This document shows, in pieces, positions 1 to 8,950 of a stretch of 64,000 nt of DNA (position 1 is its first letter; every line of letters begins with the position of its first letter). The stretch lies in IMG/VR virus record IMGVR_UViG_3300028886_001624, positions 62,001 to 126,000 of that record, one strand, 5' to 3'. The notes under the pieces were generated by a model. That model did no database searches. It was given only the letters and a program-made list of their open reading frames with translations, and was not told the origin of the DNA. This DNA is from an uncultured virus (IMG/VR IMGVR_UViG_3300028886_001624) (taxonomy: Duplodnaviria > Heunggongvirae > Uroviricota > Caudoviricetes). A program made the position numbers and the translations under genes.

Positions 1-39
1 ATAATCTGAAGGTCGTAGGTTCAATTCCTACCGGGTCCA
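1..39 (+). tRNA. 3' part of a tRNA, probably tRNA-Met/Ile2 (CAT); truncated by the window edge
   Basis: T-arm GTAGG-TTCAATT-CCTAC and acceptor 3' strand CGGGTCC-A. The window starts ATAA-TCTGA, consistent with the end of a CAT-AA anticodon loop. Confidence 0.75.
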
Positions 40-98
40 CAATTTTTTCTTTTTTTTTTTTCTTGTTATATATATTTATAAAGAAAAAAGTGATTATT

Positions 99-440
99 AT
101 GACAGAAAAAAGAATTAAAGAAATAATAAGGGAATGTATAAACGAAATTACAGACAACGCGAATGACGATAGAATTAAATTTAACCCTAATCAATTTAGT
201 AGTCTTACACAACGAATAAAAGAATTATACCCTAACGGTACTGGGGGGTTTCATCCCTACAAACCGGAAGAAAGGATAAGGAACTTTGAAGGATTATTTA
301 AGGCTGATAATCCGGATTATAGAAATTTTAAGAAATGGAGGGAAAGGAAAATAAACGTGGAGCATTGGGATTCAATAAACGCAAATTGGGAGAATTACTG
401 GAAAGAACTAGAACAACAAAAAACTTATAAAAAAATATAA
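99..440 (+). CDS. Hypothetical protein with a distant version of the IVKESV/ILNE N-terminal motif (MTEKRIKEIIRECINE)
   Basis: ORF with ATATTTATA at 72-80 upstream; N-terminus resembles the motif in 3215-3682 and 36670-37065. Confidence 0.7.
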   Translation: MTEKRIKEIIRECINEITDNANDDRIKFNPNQFSSLTQRIKELYPNGTGGFHPYKPEERIRNFEGLFKADNPDYRNFKKWRERKINVEHWDSINANWENYWKELEQQKTYKKI

Positions 441-512
441 AGAAAAAGATACTTTTTGAAAAGTATGTTATATTTATATTAAAAAAATCAGAAATTTTAT
501 TTGAAACATATT

Positions 513-608
513 ATGGATAAAAAGTATATCACGACATCATTTTTCACATCGGTAGCCGCAAATAACTTTTGTGGTTGTTGTTGCGTGTCCGTTTCTTTAA
601 AGGTTTGA
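513..608 (+). CDS. 31-aa candidate leader peptide MDKKYITTSFFTSVAANNFCGCCCVSVSLKV
   Basis: Translated by hand. Follows ATATTTATA (470-478) and precedes a terminator and the tRNA cluster. Confidence 0.5.
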   Translation: MDKKYITTSFFTSVAANNFCGCCCVSVSLKV

Positions 609-668
609 GACAGTCGTGAGAATACATAAATATCTATAGGCACTTACTTCAATATATATTCCCAAAAA

Positions 669-709
669 GGCTGTTGAAAACTGTAAAATGTATTCAGCAG
701 TCTTTTTTT
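669..709 (+). terminator. Intrinsic terminator / attenuator hairpin
   Basis: GGCTGTTGAA (669-678) pairs with TTCAGCAGTC (693-702), followed by T7. Confidence 0.7.
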
Positions 710-765
710 ATGGAAATAATTTTGAAAATTGAAAATTTTTATATATTTTTGCATTGAAAAAAATT

Positions 766-837
766 GGTCCCTTTGCTGAGTGGTTTAGGCGGCGGTCTGC
801 AAAACCGTATACATTGGTTCGATTCCAATAGGGGCCT
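766..837 (+). tRNA. tRNA-Cys(GCA)
   Basis: Acceptor GGTCCCT/AGGGGCC, anticodon loop CT-GCA-AA, T-loop TTCGATT, discriminator T. Confidence 0.93.
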
Positions 838-842
838 CAATT

Positions 843-915
843 GGAATCTTAGCATAGAAGGTTCATGCGTGAGACTGAAAATCTTGAGAACGTAGTTCGA
901 TTCCACGAGATTCCA
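843..915 (+). tRNA. tRNA-Phe(GAA)
   Basis: Acceptor GGAATCT/AGATTCC, anticodon loop CT-GAA-AA, T-loop TTCGATT. Confidence 0.9.
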
Positions 916-1126
916 CAAACATTTTTTTCCAAGGTAATAACAATGTTTTTAACAAAACAAGCAACTCTGTGCGTAACTACCGATAAGAGCGGTGACCTTG
1001 GAAAAATTTTGGCTCGATAGTTTAAGGGTATATAACTGTTAACACATATTCTAATAAAATCTAATAAAAATATTATTGATTTTATGACAAAAATCGTTAT
1101 TTTTTAAATGTTAATGATATTTATAT

Positions 1127-1348
1127 ATGAATAGCAAAATAAATAATACGAAAAAATCATTACAGAATATGCAGTTAAAAGTTGTTGAGGTCACAAAGAC
1201 AAACTATACTCTTGAGAATGGCGATGTATATGAACATACATTCGATATTGATGAGGACATTACAGTAGATGAATTTCAGAAACTACTTGATAATGCGAAG
1301 AACACAATCATCGAAACACTAAATAAGATTGAAAAAGATGAGATATAA
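1127..1348 (+). CDS. Hypothetical 73-aa passenger protein in the IS607-like element
   Basis: ORF with GATATTTATA at 1116-1125; its stop overlaps the next start. Confidence 0.65.
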   Translation: MNSKINNTKKSLQNMQLKVVEVTKTNYTLENGDVYEHTFDIDEDITVDEFQKLLDNAKNTIIETLNKIEKDEI

Positions 1349-1665
1349 TGGGCAAGTTACTAAAGATAGAAGAAGCGGCCCAATATCTCAATGTGTCACA
1401 AGATTGTCTTCGCAAATGGGATAGGGCAAATAAACTCAAACCACTTAAAACCGTTGGTGGGCATAGACGTTACAGCACAGATGTTCTTGACGAATTATTA
1501 GGAAAGAAAAATATTGTGAATTATGGAAATCTGTATGAACATCTTTGTTCCGCTAGTTACATTTCACAAATGATTGGTGACGATAATGCAGAAGAAATTG
1601 AAAAGATAAGAGTTGATGTGGGTGATAAACTACTTAAACTACACGAAAAAGAAATAGAATGTTAA
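1348..1665 (+). CDS. MerR/excisionase-type HTH protein (IS607 TnpA N-terminal domain without the serine-recombinase domain)
   Basis: LLKIEEAAQYLNVSQDCLRKWD...KTVGGHRRY matches the IS607 TnpA DNA-binding domain; no YARVS catalytic motif follows. Confidence 0.8.
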   Translation: MGKLLKIEEAAQYLNVSQDCLRKWDRANKLKPLKTVGGHRRYSTDVLDELLGKKNIVNYGNLYEHLCSASYISQMIGDDNAEEIEKIRVDVGDKLLKLHEKEIEC

Positions 1666-2858
1666 GGGCAATTAAGATAAGGTTATATCCAAATAAGGAA
1701 CAAGAACTGAAACTAAACAAGGTTTTGGGCTGCTACCGATTTGTCTATAACCAAATGCTTGCTCTCAAACAACAAGAATACAACGAGAATAAGAAATCAT
1801 TAGGGCTTACAGACCTTTCAAAATACTTTCACGGAACATTGCTGAAAGACGAACAATATGAATGGTTGAAGGAACAGAACACAAAGGTGATGAAGCAGTC
1901 AATAAGGCAGATGCTTTCAGCCTATGACAAGTTCTTCAAACAACATAACGGATTTCCAAAGTTCAAGTCAAAGAAGGACAAACAATCAGCATTGTTCCCA
2001 TTGGAAGCAATATCAAAGGGAAACAAGTTCAATGAGAGAAAGATAACATTAACACAACCGTTAAAGGATATTAGATTCAGATGCTCAGACTTATACTTTA
2101 AGAGGCTTCAAACATACAAGGAAGGAATAAGGAGTGCTACCTTATCGAAAACCAAGAGTGGTAACTATTTCCTATCCATCCTTATAGAGTTACCTCAAGA
2201 AGAAATAATCAAGTTTGGGCAAACTAGTGAACGAGTTGGCATTGACCTTGGAGTTAAGGATTTTGTAATCACAAGTGACGGAGAGGTGTTTGAAAACAAG
2301 CATTTCTTTAAGTCACAAGAAAAGAAGATTGCAAAGTTGCAAAGACAATTGTCAAAGAAACAGAAAGGTTCTAACAATAGGAACAAACAACGTGTTAAGG
2401 TTGCAAAGGTATTTGAAAGGCTTGCCAATCAAAAGGATGCTTACATACATAGCGTTGTTAATGAGTTGTTGGTTTATTATGACACAGTATTTATGGAAGA
2501 CTTGAATGTTCAAGGAATGCTGAAGAATCACAAGTTGGCAAAAGCCATCCAAGAGGTTGGTTTCTATAGGTTCAAGCAGATACTTGAAGACAAGGCAAAT
2601 AACAACTACAAGGAAGTTGTATTTGTTGGTAGATTTTATCCAAGTTCAAAGACTTGCCATAAGTGTGGGTATGTGAATAAGGAACTGACGTTGAATGACA
2701 GGGAATGGACTTGTCCAGTGTGTGGCGAGCATCACGATAGGGATTTGAATGCAGCAATTAATATCCTAATGGAAGGTGAGAGAATAATAGGTAGCCGTAC
2801 TACCGAATTTACGCTTGTGGAGAAACCAACTGTGGATGACCGAACTTTATGTTCCTAA
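1659..2858 (+). CDS. tnpB: RNA-guided endonuclease TnpB
   Basis: N-terminal KIRLYPNKEQ; RuvC motifs GIDLG, MEDLNV, DRDLNAAINI; zinc ribbon CHKCG...CPVCG. Confidence 0.95.
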   Translation: MLRAIKIRLYPNKEQELKLNKVLGCYRFVYNQMLALKQQEYNENKKSLGLTDLSKYFHGTLLKDEQYEWLKEQNTKVMKQSIRQMLSAYDKFFKQHNGFPKFKSKKDKQSALFPLEAISKGNKFNERKITLTQPLKDIRFRCSDLYFKRLQTYKEGIRSATLSKTKSGNYFLSILIELPQEEIIKFGQTSERVGIDLGVKDFVITSDGEVFENKHFFKSQEKKIAKLQRQLSKKQKGSNNRNKQRVKVAKVFERLANQKDAYIHSVVNELLVYYDTVFMEDLNVQGMLKNHKLAKAIQEVGFYRFKQILEDKANNNYKEVVFVGRFYPSSKTCHKCGYVNKELTLNDREWTCPVCGEHHDRDLNAAINILMEGERIIGSRTTEFTLVEKPTVDDRTLCS

Positions 2859-2928
2859 AAAGCAGTGTTTCGCTGAAACAAGAAATAAAATATAGTAGAA
2901 TCATAGATTTTATTAGAATTTTATATAC
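2786..2928 (+). ncRNA. TnpB omegaRNA (right-end RNA) scaffold
   Basis: Overlaps the tnpB 3' end and element right end, as is established for TnpB; homologous with compensatory changes to 49308-49482. Confidence 0.7.
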
Positions 2929-2991
2929 GGTAAAATTTGGCTTTTGTACCGCTAAGTTCTCAGTTCAATTCTGAGTCGAGCCTCAAATTCT

Positions 2992-3078
2992 AGAGAGTTG
3001 GGGGAGTGGCTGAACCCGGAAGTCTTGAAAACTTCTGAACAAGTAATTGTTCCATCCGTTCGAATCGGATACTCTCTG
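2992..3078 (+). tRNA. tRNA-Ser(TGA)
   Basis: Acceptor AGAGAGT/ACTCTCT, anticodon arm GAAGT-CTTGAAA-ACTTC, long variable arm GAACAA/TTGTTC, discriminator G. Confidence 0.92.
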
Positions 3079-3189
3079 CAAAAAAAAGGCAATGATATAG
3101 AAGTTTACCCATAAAACAAAAAATGAGTGAATCAGAGAGATTCGCCCATATGTTCGACAAGTCAATTGGACTTGTTAAACCTAATAGGG

Positions 3190-3766
3190 TGTTTGTGTTG
3201 TGTGAGAAAGTGGCTTAATAACCCTTCTTAATTTGGGTGATACAATATTGGTACATTGATGGTAATTGGTGTGCATTATTAGTATCATCTTTTTCACAAT
3301 AATATGTGTGACCATTTGATTCCCATGTATGACATGTCATATGAATATCATCACAAAATCCTTCATATGCCATCTTGAGGTCTTCTCTTTCATTATCAAT
3401 ATAGTCTTTTAAGCAACGGACAATTTCCTTGTATTTTTGGGGGTTTGTTAATTTTAATTGAGTTGTTAACTGTTGTGCCATATTTTGCCACTCATCATAG
3501 TTATTGGTTGACTTACCGTTATTGGAATTAGGCAAAACGCTATATTTATCCGCATAAGACTTAGATGGATTAAAGTTGTCAATTTTACCAATCATATTTA
3601 TTTCATTCAACACCATATTCACAGACTCTTTCACTATTCTATGAAGGTCACTTTCTGTTAATCTTATAGGTTTCTTATTCATATTATAATACGTATTAAT
3701 TCGTTATTTATTAATAATAAATATCAGTAAGATGGAATTTGTTGGGTCAACTTCTATGTTATTACC
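3190..3766 (-). mobile_element. IS1595-family remnant: degenerate TIR + cargo + possible transposase tail
   Basis: Minus strand 3766-3742 reads GGTAATAACATAGAAGTTGACCCAA versus intact TIR GGCAATAATATAGCAGTTGGCACAA. The plus strand at about 3191-3217 reads FVLCEKVA* convergent onto the cargo stop. Confidence 0.6.
3215..3682 (-). CDS. LTESDLHRIVKESV-motif protein (cargo of a decayed IS1595 copy)
   Basis: MNKKPIRLTESDLHRIVKESVNMVLNE; GATATTTAT at 3717-3725 on the minus strand. Confidence 0.85.
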   Translation of the reverse strand: MNKKPIRLTESDLHRIVKESVNMVLNEINMIGKIDNFNPSKSYADKYSVLPNSNNGKSTNNYDEWQNMAQQLTTQLKLTNPQKYKEIVRCLKDYIDNEREDLKMAYEGFCDDIHMTCHTWESNGHTYYCEKDDTNNAHQLPSMYQYCITQIKKGY

Positions 3767-3797
3767 CTAATTAATGGTTAAAAAAAAAAACATTTCT

Positions 3798-3851
3798 TAA
3801 CATACAAAGTCTTGTGGAATTCAAAAATTTTATATATCTTTGCAACGTAAA
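3798..3851 (+). promoter_or_regulatory. Bacteroidota-type promoter, near-identical 54-bp copies at 3798, 8654 and 10030
   Basis: TAACATWCAAAGTCTTGYGGAATTCAAAAATTTTATATATCTTTGCAACGTAAA; contains the TAnnTTTG -7 element. Confidence 0.85.
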
Positions 3852-4164
3852 CATATTGTTCAACTAAAAAGTATATCTGCTATGATTAATTTGATTTTAG
3901 GCGCAGCATTGGGCTATTTCGCTGCAAAGTATTTCATGGAAAACTAAAGTGAAGGAGGAAAGAAAGTTATGTCAAAGATTCTTGAAAACGACTTTAGGAG
4001 AGAACTCTACAAGAACCTAGTAGAGGCCGGTTATTCAAAGGAAGAGTCTCAGAAAATTGTCGGCGCAAAATACTATACCGCCCTTAACAACAATGTTAAG
4101 GAAAGGCAATAATATAGCAGTTGGCACAAATAGTTTATAAAATGCTGTCAGAAATGACAGCATT

Positions 4165-4713
4165 TTATCGTTGTGGTCTACCCCATCTAAATAAGACAAA
4201 ATTGGATAAATCCTTTTTTATTATTTGATATACTCTTCTCGCAGACATTTCATTATCAAATGTAAAAGTAACTATACCTTTCACTTTTACAAGCCACACA
4301 TTTCTCCTACAATCACGTTCTACACAAATATCAATAACATTCTCATACTGTAATACGTCTGTTTTATTATTTTCAATGTAACGCTCTATAGTACCATTAT
4401 TTAAACGAACTATAGTTTGAACCTCATGATAAAGTAAAGTTGGAATATAGTTGTTGATTAGACCTGTTGTCTCTTGAAAGAATCTAATAGTCTCTTCTTT
4501 TTTTGATTGAATCGCCAAATCTCTTTCTTTATCACTTCCATTAGCAAATTCATCCCACAAATACAAAGCATAGGTCTCTACGCTATTACACTGAGGCATT
4601 TTTATTGCAAGTTTAAAATGCTCGCCATCATTTATTACATAATTACCATTACAGGCATAAATAGTTTCTGCTGTATCTAACATTTCTTTACTTGTATAAC
4701 CAACAAATTCCAT
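4165..4713 (-). CDS. Hypothetical passenger protein of the IS1595 element
   Basis: ORF from MEFVGY; TAATTTTGCA -7 element upstream on the minus strand; hairpin at 4140-4166 downstream. Confidence 0.65.
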   Translation of the reverse strand: MEFVGYTSKEMLDTAETIYACNGNYVINDGEHFKLAIKMPQCNSVETYALYLWDEFANGSDKERDLAIQSKKEETIRFFQETTGLINNYIPTLLYHEVQTIVRLNNGTIERYIENNKTDVLQYENVIDICVERDCRRNVWLVKVKGIVTFTFDNEMSARRVYQIIKKDLSNFVLFRWGRPQR

Positions 4714-4758
4714 ATTACTGATATTTATTATTATAATTGTTGCAAAATTAAAGAAATT

Positions 4759-5709
4759 ATGGATAACAACCAAATAAATGGGCAGAAAAATAACAAAAAG
4801 GCATATTGCCCAAATATGTTTTTTGATAATGGCACTGTAAGTATTGGTGAATTCAAGACATTGGATGATGCAATGAACTTCCCAATAAAGGAGATTTGGT
4901 GTATCAACAGAACTGAGGATAATAAATTTCAATCATACCAATCACAAGGGTCTAGACTTCTAATTATTTGTAGTTGGAATAGAAGCATCCAAGACACGTT
5001 GAAATTTGTGATGGCAGTGATTCACAAGAACAAAGTTGGTAAGATTTACTATTGGGGTATGGATGATTTACCATTATATCCTGAAGAAAAAAAGAATCAA
5101 TTTGAAGGTAGTCTTGGTGACGATGCAACATACACATTATATCAAATAGCAAATAACAGATTAAATTGTAATACAAATATGAATAAGAAACTTATAAGAT
5201 TAACAGAGAATGACCTTCACAAGATTGTGAAAGAGTCTGTAAAGAGAGTACTGAGAGAAACTGCACATGACATTAATTCACCTGAATACAAACAAATGTA
5301 TGACAGTGGTATTGAAGATATGTGGGGGAATTATGACAACCCAGATATGGAGTATGAACCATATGCTGAAAAGTTCTTGAATACGCCAAATGCATCACAA
5401 AACTTTAAAGAGTTTCCAAGACAAAGTGTCAAAAGAGATTTGGATTTTGACCCGTTATCAAATAAAGGAATGCGGCGTTACTATGACCAAAAAAGATTAG
5501 ATAAGATTAGGAATAAAAAATACGTTGAAGATAGGTATGATGAAGCATTGAAAGGCCTTATGCGCCTTCATATCGTCAAGCAATTTGGACAAGACCCAAG
5601 AACATTAAGTAAAGAAGAAGTTGTTGATTTGTATGATGGTTATATGAATGAACGTGGTAGAGCAGCAGAACGAACAAGAGAACTTAACGCCCGTGATAAT
5701 GAGTTCTAA
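4759..5709 (+). CDS. Passenger protein containing the LTENDLHKIVKESV motif (possible internal start at 5179)
   Basis: MNKKLIRLTENDLHKIVKESVKRVLRE begins at 5179; GATATTTAT at 4720-4728. Confidence 0.8.
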   Translation: MDNNQINGQKNNKKAYCPNMFFDNGTVSIGEFKTLDDAMNFPIKEIWCINRTEDNKFQSYQSQGSRLLIICSWNRSIQDTLKFVMAVIHKNKVGKIYYWGMDDLPLYPEEKKNQFEGSLGDDATYTLYQIANNRLNCNTNMNKKLIRLTENDLHKIVKESVKRVLRETAHDINSPEYKQMYDSGIEDMWGNYDNPDMEYEPYAEKFLNTPNASQNFKEFPRQSVKRDLDFDPLSNKGMRRYYDQKRLDKIRNKKYVEDRYDEALKGLMRLHIVKQFGQDPRTLSKEEVVDLYDGYMNERGRAAERTRELNARDNEF

Positions 5710-6701
5710 GCAGCAACCAATCCCACTCTAATCTCATCCCAAGTCCTAACCAAACCAATAGACTTAACAAACATATCTGAAAAGCGTTCGGATTCGGACG
5801 CTTTTCTTGTGTTCCAGCGGTACACAGCCTCGTCAATGTAAGACTGCAAATGCTCGTCAGATACATCGTGATAGCAACCGACTATCATTCTACGGAAGTG
5901 GCTCCAGAAGCCCTCAATGGAGTTGGTAAAGATGTCACCGTTGGCATACTCCTCAGCCTCGTGCTTTACCACTGCATGAGTATATCCCAACTCAGCAAGA
6001 CCATTGTAGGCTGACAGTTCATCAGTGATAACTCTTGAACCATCAGCAACGAACTGCTGAATGATGGGCTGCAAGGTAGCCTTATCCGTCTTCTCCACAA
6101 CAAATGCGTGAACATACGTGATAGACTCTTCTTCACCCTTACTGTTGATAAAGGTGCTGCGCTCCATCATACCGAAGACAGGTGTCTTGGTCTTTGTGGA
6201 ACGACCTTGGGTCTTAGGTGTACGCATTGACTTGTGCTTCCATTTCTCCTTACCACCGATGTACGCCTCATCACACTCCACAGTACCCTCAAATGCTTCT
6301 GCATCACTCTGAGGATAAAGAAGACGTATCTTCTGAAGCATATACCAAGCAGTTGACTGAGTAACAGAAAGGTCACGGCTCAACTGATGACTGCTGATAC
6401 CCTTCTTATGGGAAGATATAAGATACATGGCAACGAACCACTTGATGAGTGGCAACTTGGTATTCTCGAAGATAGTACCAACAAGGCAAGAAAAGTTCTT
6501 GTTGCACTCAGTGCAGTGGAAACGTCCGTTCTTGGACATCTTGCAGTGATGTTTACCACAATATGGGCAAACAACGTCTTGTTCATTGCCAATACCCCAA
6601 CGACTTTCAACGATGGCTTGCTTACACTTCTCTTCAGATGTGAAATACGCTGTGAGTGAAATGATGTTGTTGAATTTCTTGAAATTAATCATATGCTGCA
6701 T
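5706..6701 (-). CDS. IS1595-family (ISXO2-like) DDE transposase
   Basis: Zinc ribbon CPYCG..CTEC, HTH KGISSHQLSRDL, motifs VECDEAYIGG, ITDELSAY, TNSIEGFWS, YRWN. Confidence 0.95.
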   Translation of the reverse strand: MQHMINFKKFNNIISLTAYFTSEEKCKQAIVESRWGIGNEQDVVCPYCGKHHCKMSKNGRFHCTECNKNFSCLVGTIFENTKLPLIKWFVAMYLISSHKKGISSHQLSRDLSVTQSTAWYMLQKIRLLYPQSDAEAFEGTVECDEAYIGGKEKWKHKSMRTPKTQGRSTKTKTPVFGMMERSTFINSKGEEESITYVHAFVVEKTDKATLQPIIQQFVADGSRVITDELSAYNGLAELGYTHAVVKHEAEEYANGDIFTNSIEGFWSHFRRMIVGCYHDVSDEHLQSYIDEAVYRWNTRKASESERFSDMFVKSIGLVRTWDEIRVGLVAA

Positions 6702-7050
6702 TGTTTCTCAATTACAATGCAAATATACGAAAAAAACGGGACATAGAAAAGTCCCGTATACCTATAAATAAGCCGATTTTGTGCCAACTGCTATATTATT
6801 GCCTAAGGAAATTGTCGGGGCTTTTCTTAATGAAATCGAAAGTGAAAACTATGAGAATGGTTTGAACTGTGAAGAACTCACGGCAAAACTAGGTGACTTA
6901 AGAACTCTGAAGGAACTTCTCTCAAAGTAGAAGAAACAAAGTGAAGGAAACCCACAGCAATTTTATATAGTTTCAGAATAAAGGATTTTAAACTCAAGGT
7001 TTCCTATAAAAATTAAAAAAGGTGAGCGAAAAAATGCTCACCTTTTATTG

Positions 7051-7794
7051 TTATTGTTTAACCTTGGTCCAATTATATAAACCTAAGTAATAAGCACTTG
7101 TTCCCATCCAAACGTCATATCCACTGCTACCTTGTGGAACATAAAGAGTACCACCCGTCTTAACATTTTGGAAAGTATTACTTTGTATTGTTGGTGCTGT
7201 TGTGGCAAGCGAGGTTATACTTGTTAAACCGTAACAACGTTCGAAAGCACTACCACCAATGCTTGTGATACCACTGCCAATTGTACAACTTGTCATGGCA
7301 GAACAACCACTGAAAGTGTTTTGACCAATACTTGTAACACCATTTGGTATTGTTATGCTTGATAAACTGAAACAACCATAGAAAGCAGCGGCACCAATGC
7401 TTGTAACACTGTCCGGAATTGTTATGCTTGATAAACTACGACATTGATAGAAAACCAATTCACCAATTCTTGTAACACTGTCCGGAATTGTTATGCTTGT
7501 TAAACCGGAACAACTATTGAAAGCCCAATCACCAATGGTTGTACAAAGTCCACCAATTTCAGCACTAACACAAGTTGCGCTGTATGGTTTTGTCATTGCG
7601 CTTGTTAATGTTCCACTTCCTTCAAGTTTAACAACTTCACCATTGCTAAGGGTTAATTTACATAATGGGGGGGGGGTAGGATTGTAGTGGACATCACCCT
7701 CAGCAACACAAAGTGATACGTTTGGCTTGGGATAATCCGTGGCAACGTATGCTGTATAATCGGCATGCGTTGCAAATTCTTTAACGTACTTCAT
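7051..7794 (-). CDS. BspA-type leucine-rich repeat protein, paralog 1
   Basis: Repeats of LTSITIPDSVTSIGxxAFxxC; shared N-terminus MKYVKEFATHADY and C-terminus GTLYVPQGSSGY..WTKV; G10 tract at 7667-7676 in frame. Confidence 0.92.
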   Translation of the reverse strand: MKYVKEFATHADYTAYVATDYPKPNVSLCVAEGDVHYNPTPPPLCKLTLSNGEVVKLEGSGTLTSAMTKPYSATCVSAEIGGLCTTIGDWAFNSCSGLTSITIPDSVTRIGELVFYQCRSLSSITIPDSVTSIGAAAFYGCFSLSSITIPNGVTSIGQNTFSGCSAMTSCTIGSGITSIGGSAFERCYGLTSITSLATTAPTIQSNTFQNVKTGGTLYVPQGSSGYDVWMGTSAYYLGLYNWTKVKQ

Positions 7795-7916
7795 AATTAT
7801 TATTTTTAAAGATTTTAATATAAGTTATTTTCTTTATAAATATCTTGTTATTTTCATATTTTTTATATATCTTTGCAATAGTTAAAAAAATGTTAAATTT
7901 AAATTATAATAAAATT

Positions 7917-8285
7917 ATGCTTTTAAGTGATTTGAAAAATAAAATCGGGGAAACCGTTGATGGTTATGAGATAAAAGGTCTTAAATTGGTCCCGGCTAGG
8001 TTCCAAATTTTAAGAAAACTATCATCAACCGATGATTTGGTTCTAATGAAAGTTGATAAGTTAGGTAGAAACTTATTCAGTTTTTATTTAATGTCAAGGT
8101 ACCAAGAAGATACGGATAGAATTCCTAACCATAATTTTTACGGTTATGGTAACGGCACAACCTTTTTCGACGCCGAAGTTGCATATAATGCATTGTTGGC
8201 AAAAATTCACGAAAAAAAGAGAGAACTTGGTAAGGCTGAATTTGAATTACAAAAAACAATGCACAATGTCTTGTCCGTTCTGTGA
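7917..8285 (+). CDS. Hypothetical protein
   Basis: ORF after a TATCTTTGCA promoter. Confidence 0.65.
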   Translation: MLLSDLKNKIGETVDGYEIKGLKLVPARFQILRKLSSTDDLVLMKVDKLGRNLFSFYLMSRYQEDTDRIPNHNFYGYGNGTTFFDAEVAYNALLAKIHEKKRELGKAEFELQKTMHNVLSVL

Positions 8286-8637
8286 TATTAAGAAGGATTC
8301 AATTATATTTGATGGTGATAATTGGGTTGGCGTGAAGGATGGATTTCCGGTTTCAGAAGGACATACTCTGTTAATTCCAAAAAGGCACTGCGAAACATTC
8401 TTTGATTTAAACAACGATGAGTTAACTGAATTGGTTTCGTATTGCATTCCAACAATAAAGGAGATATTGGATGGGGAATATCATCCGGACGGTTATAATA
8501 TCGGCGCAAATTGTGGAACCGCTAGCGGACAAACCGTAATGCACTGCCATATTCACATCATACCAAGATATAATGGTGACGTGGATGACCCTAGAGGTGG
8601 AGTGAGAGGTGTAATTCCAAAAAAACAAAAATATTAA
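8266..8637 (+). CDS. HIT-family nucleotide hydrolase
   Basis: CPFC N-terminus, GHTLLIPKRH, histidine triad HCHIHIIPR. Confidence 0.93.
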   Translation: MSCPFCDIKKDSIIFDGDNWVGVKDGFPVSEGHTLLIPKRHCETFFDLNNDELTELVSYCIPTIKEILDGEYHPDGYNIGANCGTASGQTVMHCHIHIIPRYNGDVDDPRGGVRGVIPKKQKY

Positions 8638-8950
8638 GGTGAATGACAATTTTTAACATACAAAGTCTTGCGGAATTCAAAAATTTTATATATCTTTGCA
8701 ACGTAAATAAAAACAACGTTATACACTAAGTAATAGACACGTTCGGAGGCTGTCGAGGAGTTTCAAGTTTCTTCTCTTTTTTCACAGTTGCGTAAACTTG
8801 AGGTACGGGCCGAACCAAAGAAGCCTTGGCTGGGTTGTCGGATTTCGAGCCATGCGGGTAAATTTCAATAAACCGTCCGTCCATACCGCGTTAAGGTTGC
8901 TGTTTTTTTCCATTAGGGGGTTGTACAGCGCTAGCACAAACAACCCAAAC

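Larger units (their letters stand above)
1028..2928 (+). mobile_element. IS607-like element (MerR-type HTH gene + tnpB), probably non-autonomous
   Basis: GG at both junctions (1026-1027, 2929-2930). Inverted ends GTATATAA/TTATATAC and subterminal ATTCTAATAAAATCTA/TAGATTTTATTAGAAT. Interrupts a tRNA. Confidence 0.85.
1011..2983 (+). tRNA. tRNA (probably Thr, TGT) split by an IS607-like insertion; 5' piece 1011-1027, 3' piece 2931-2983
   Basis: Joining at the duplicated GG gives GGCTCGA-TA-GTTT-AAGGTA-AAAT-T-TGGCT-TTTGTAC-CGCTA-AGTT-CTCAG-TTCAATT-CTGAG-TCGAGCC-T, a full cloverleaf. Confidence 0.85.
4105..6803. mobile_element. Intact IS1595-family transposon with two passenger genes
   Basis: Perfect 26-bp TIR GGCAATAATATAGCAGTTGGCACAAA (4105-4130 / 6778-6803); 8-bp TSD TAAGGAAA (4097-4104, 6804-6811). 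Confidence 0.95.
3969..6930 (+). pseudogene. 84-aa hypothetical gene interrupted by the IS1595 element (3969-4104 + 6812-6930)
   Basis: Removing the element and one TSD copy restores MSKILENDFRRELYKNLVEAGYSKEESQKIVGAKYYTALNNNVKEIVGAFLNEIESENYENGLNCEELTAKLGDLRTLKELLSK*. Confidence 0.85.

Noticed and set aside
1028..2928. IStron (group I intron that splices to restore the tRNA)
   Set aside because: The ~100 nt before the first ORF are very AT-rich, with no recognisable group I core. Only RT-PCR could fully exclude it.
3124..3190. Additional tRNA after tRNA-Ser
   Set aside because: Two or three hairpins are present but there is no acceptor stem or T-loop; it may be a truncated relic next to the IS remnant.
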